This document shows, piece after piece, positions 60,561 to 64,000 of a DNA stretch of 64,000 nt (position 1 is the stretch's first letter; each line of letters opens with the position of its first letter). The notes beneath the pieces were generated by a model that searched no databases, had not been told where the DNA came from, and saw only the letters and a program-made list of their open reading frames with translations. The translations under genes were made by a program, and so were the position numbers. The stretch is from an uncultured Candidatus Saccharibacteria bacterium. GTDB taxonomy: Bacteria > Patescibacteriota > Minisyncoccia > Phycocordibacterales > DATGWK01. Location: contig CAYRZH010000004.1 in NCBI GenBank assembly GCA_964428845.1, positions 3,228 through 67,227 of the forward strand, given 5' to 3'.

Positions 60561-60868
60561 AGAATTTTCTTTACTTTTATATACCCGCCTCCGCTCTTCG
60601 GCGACGCACCTAGAAGTTTTTCGCTGTAGATTCCAGACTCGTGTGGCTCCATGTCTTCTCGCATAACATTTCGAACTATGTTTGAATGGTCACTTAGATC
60701 TGTCGAGTGAGATATTTCTTCTCTCTGCGCAGAGAGATTTACCTCTTTTATCTGTCCAACATACTCAAGGATTGTGTTGATTTGTGAAGTTATCGTCTCC
60801 TTCTCCTGTGAGGAAATCTCTAGACGCGCAAGGGTAGCGAGTTTGTCTATTTCTTTTGGGTCTATCAT
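60557..60868 (-). CDS. gatC: Glu/Asp-tRNA amidotransferase subunit C
   Basis: LATLARLEI..ILEYVGQI..VMRED..YIKVKKIL; overlaps gatA start. Confidence 0.9.
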   Translation of the reverse strand: MIDPKEIDKLATLARLEISSQEKETITSQINTILEYVGQIKEVNLSAQREEISHSTDLSDHSNIVRNVMREDMEPHESGIYSEKLLGASPKSGGGYIKVKKIL

Positions 60869-60889
60869 TTTAGTTCCGAGATAATATCA

Positions 60890-63570
<2,681 letters not shown>

Positions 63571-63580
63571 TTGGAATATT

Positions 63581-64000
63581 TTAGAACCAGTTCAAAAGAT
63601 TGTTCGAAACCTCGAGCGTTTTGGAGGGGCCTGCTCCCCATGTCACTCTCACAGTAACTCTGGCTTCGACGTTACCAGGAAGCTCTTCGATAATAATTTT
63701 TCTAGAAAATCTGCTCAAAGGACTTCCCCCTCCACCTCCATAGCCGTAAAATTTGATCGAATTTCTGCCACTTCCCCCAAAAGTACGATGCTTCAAAGTA
63801 CAATTGTTCATCCCATTGTCAGAACACCTTCGGAGCAAGTTCGCACTATTGGTAAGCAGATGATTGAGATCGTAGTCACAGGCCGTGGCAAAGGTAGTAC
63901 CGCAAGGCCGTCCAGTCTCTATGCCAACCCTAGTAAGATTCTCGAGCCAGTGTGTGGGTGTACCAGCGTTATTTAGAAGCAAATTGTGATCACGAACATT
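63581..64000 (-). CDS. Pilin-like protein, C-terminal part (runs off the window end)
   Basis: FSRKIII..VTVRVTW..LLNW C-terminus typical of minor pilins; upstream of the pilX-like gene. Confidence 0.6.
   Translation of the reverse strand, partial: NVRDHNLLLNNAGTPTHWLENLTRVGIETGRPCGTTFATACDYDLNHLLTNSANLLRRCSDNGMNNCTLKHRTFGGSGRNSIKFYGYGGGGGSPLSRFSRKIIIEELPGNVEARVTVRVTWGAGPSKTLEVSNNLLNWF

Overview
Bacterial chromosomal window (standard code) that looks like a Patescibacteria/CPR (Parcubacteria-type) genome. This is inferred from the secG-peptide SBP-rnj synteny, a shortened RF2, pilin-like genes and sparse metabolism. The backbone carries groEL/groES, secG, rnj, pyrG, ftsEX, prfB, lexA-dinB, guaB-purA, gatCA, ligA and six tRNAs. 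The main accessory feature is a ~20-kb serine-recombinase integrative element in the 3' end of tRNA-Asp (36867/38067-56894). It carries (i) a complete diversity-generating retroelement whose 131-bp TR/VR pair differs only at TR adenines, with an inverted avd apparently frameshifted at a C7 tract; (ii) a type III R-M system; (iii) a second, unrelated 754-aa reverse transcriptase with a long helical region and a putative C-terminal winged-helix, placed behind a C-protein-like regulator with a C-box-like operator; (iv) two NYN nucleases with adjacent small structured RNAs; and (v) a primase-helicase. The recombinase gene runs through the att site. Two tandem left ends each encode a conserved in-frame alternative C-terminus, and a bipartite 25-bp motif recurs at the module borders. 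Outside the element are several promoter-to-terminator structured non-coding units, a family of hairpin repeats with a constant core and copy-specific arms, and GC-rich, apparently foreign surface-protein genes including a PEP-CTERM-like protein. All calls come from reading the sequence and ORF track; no database searches were run.
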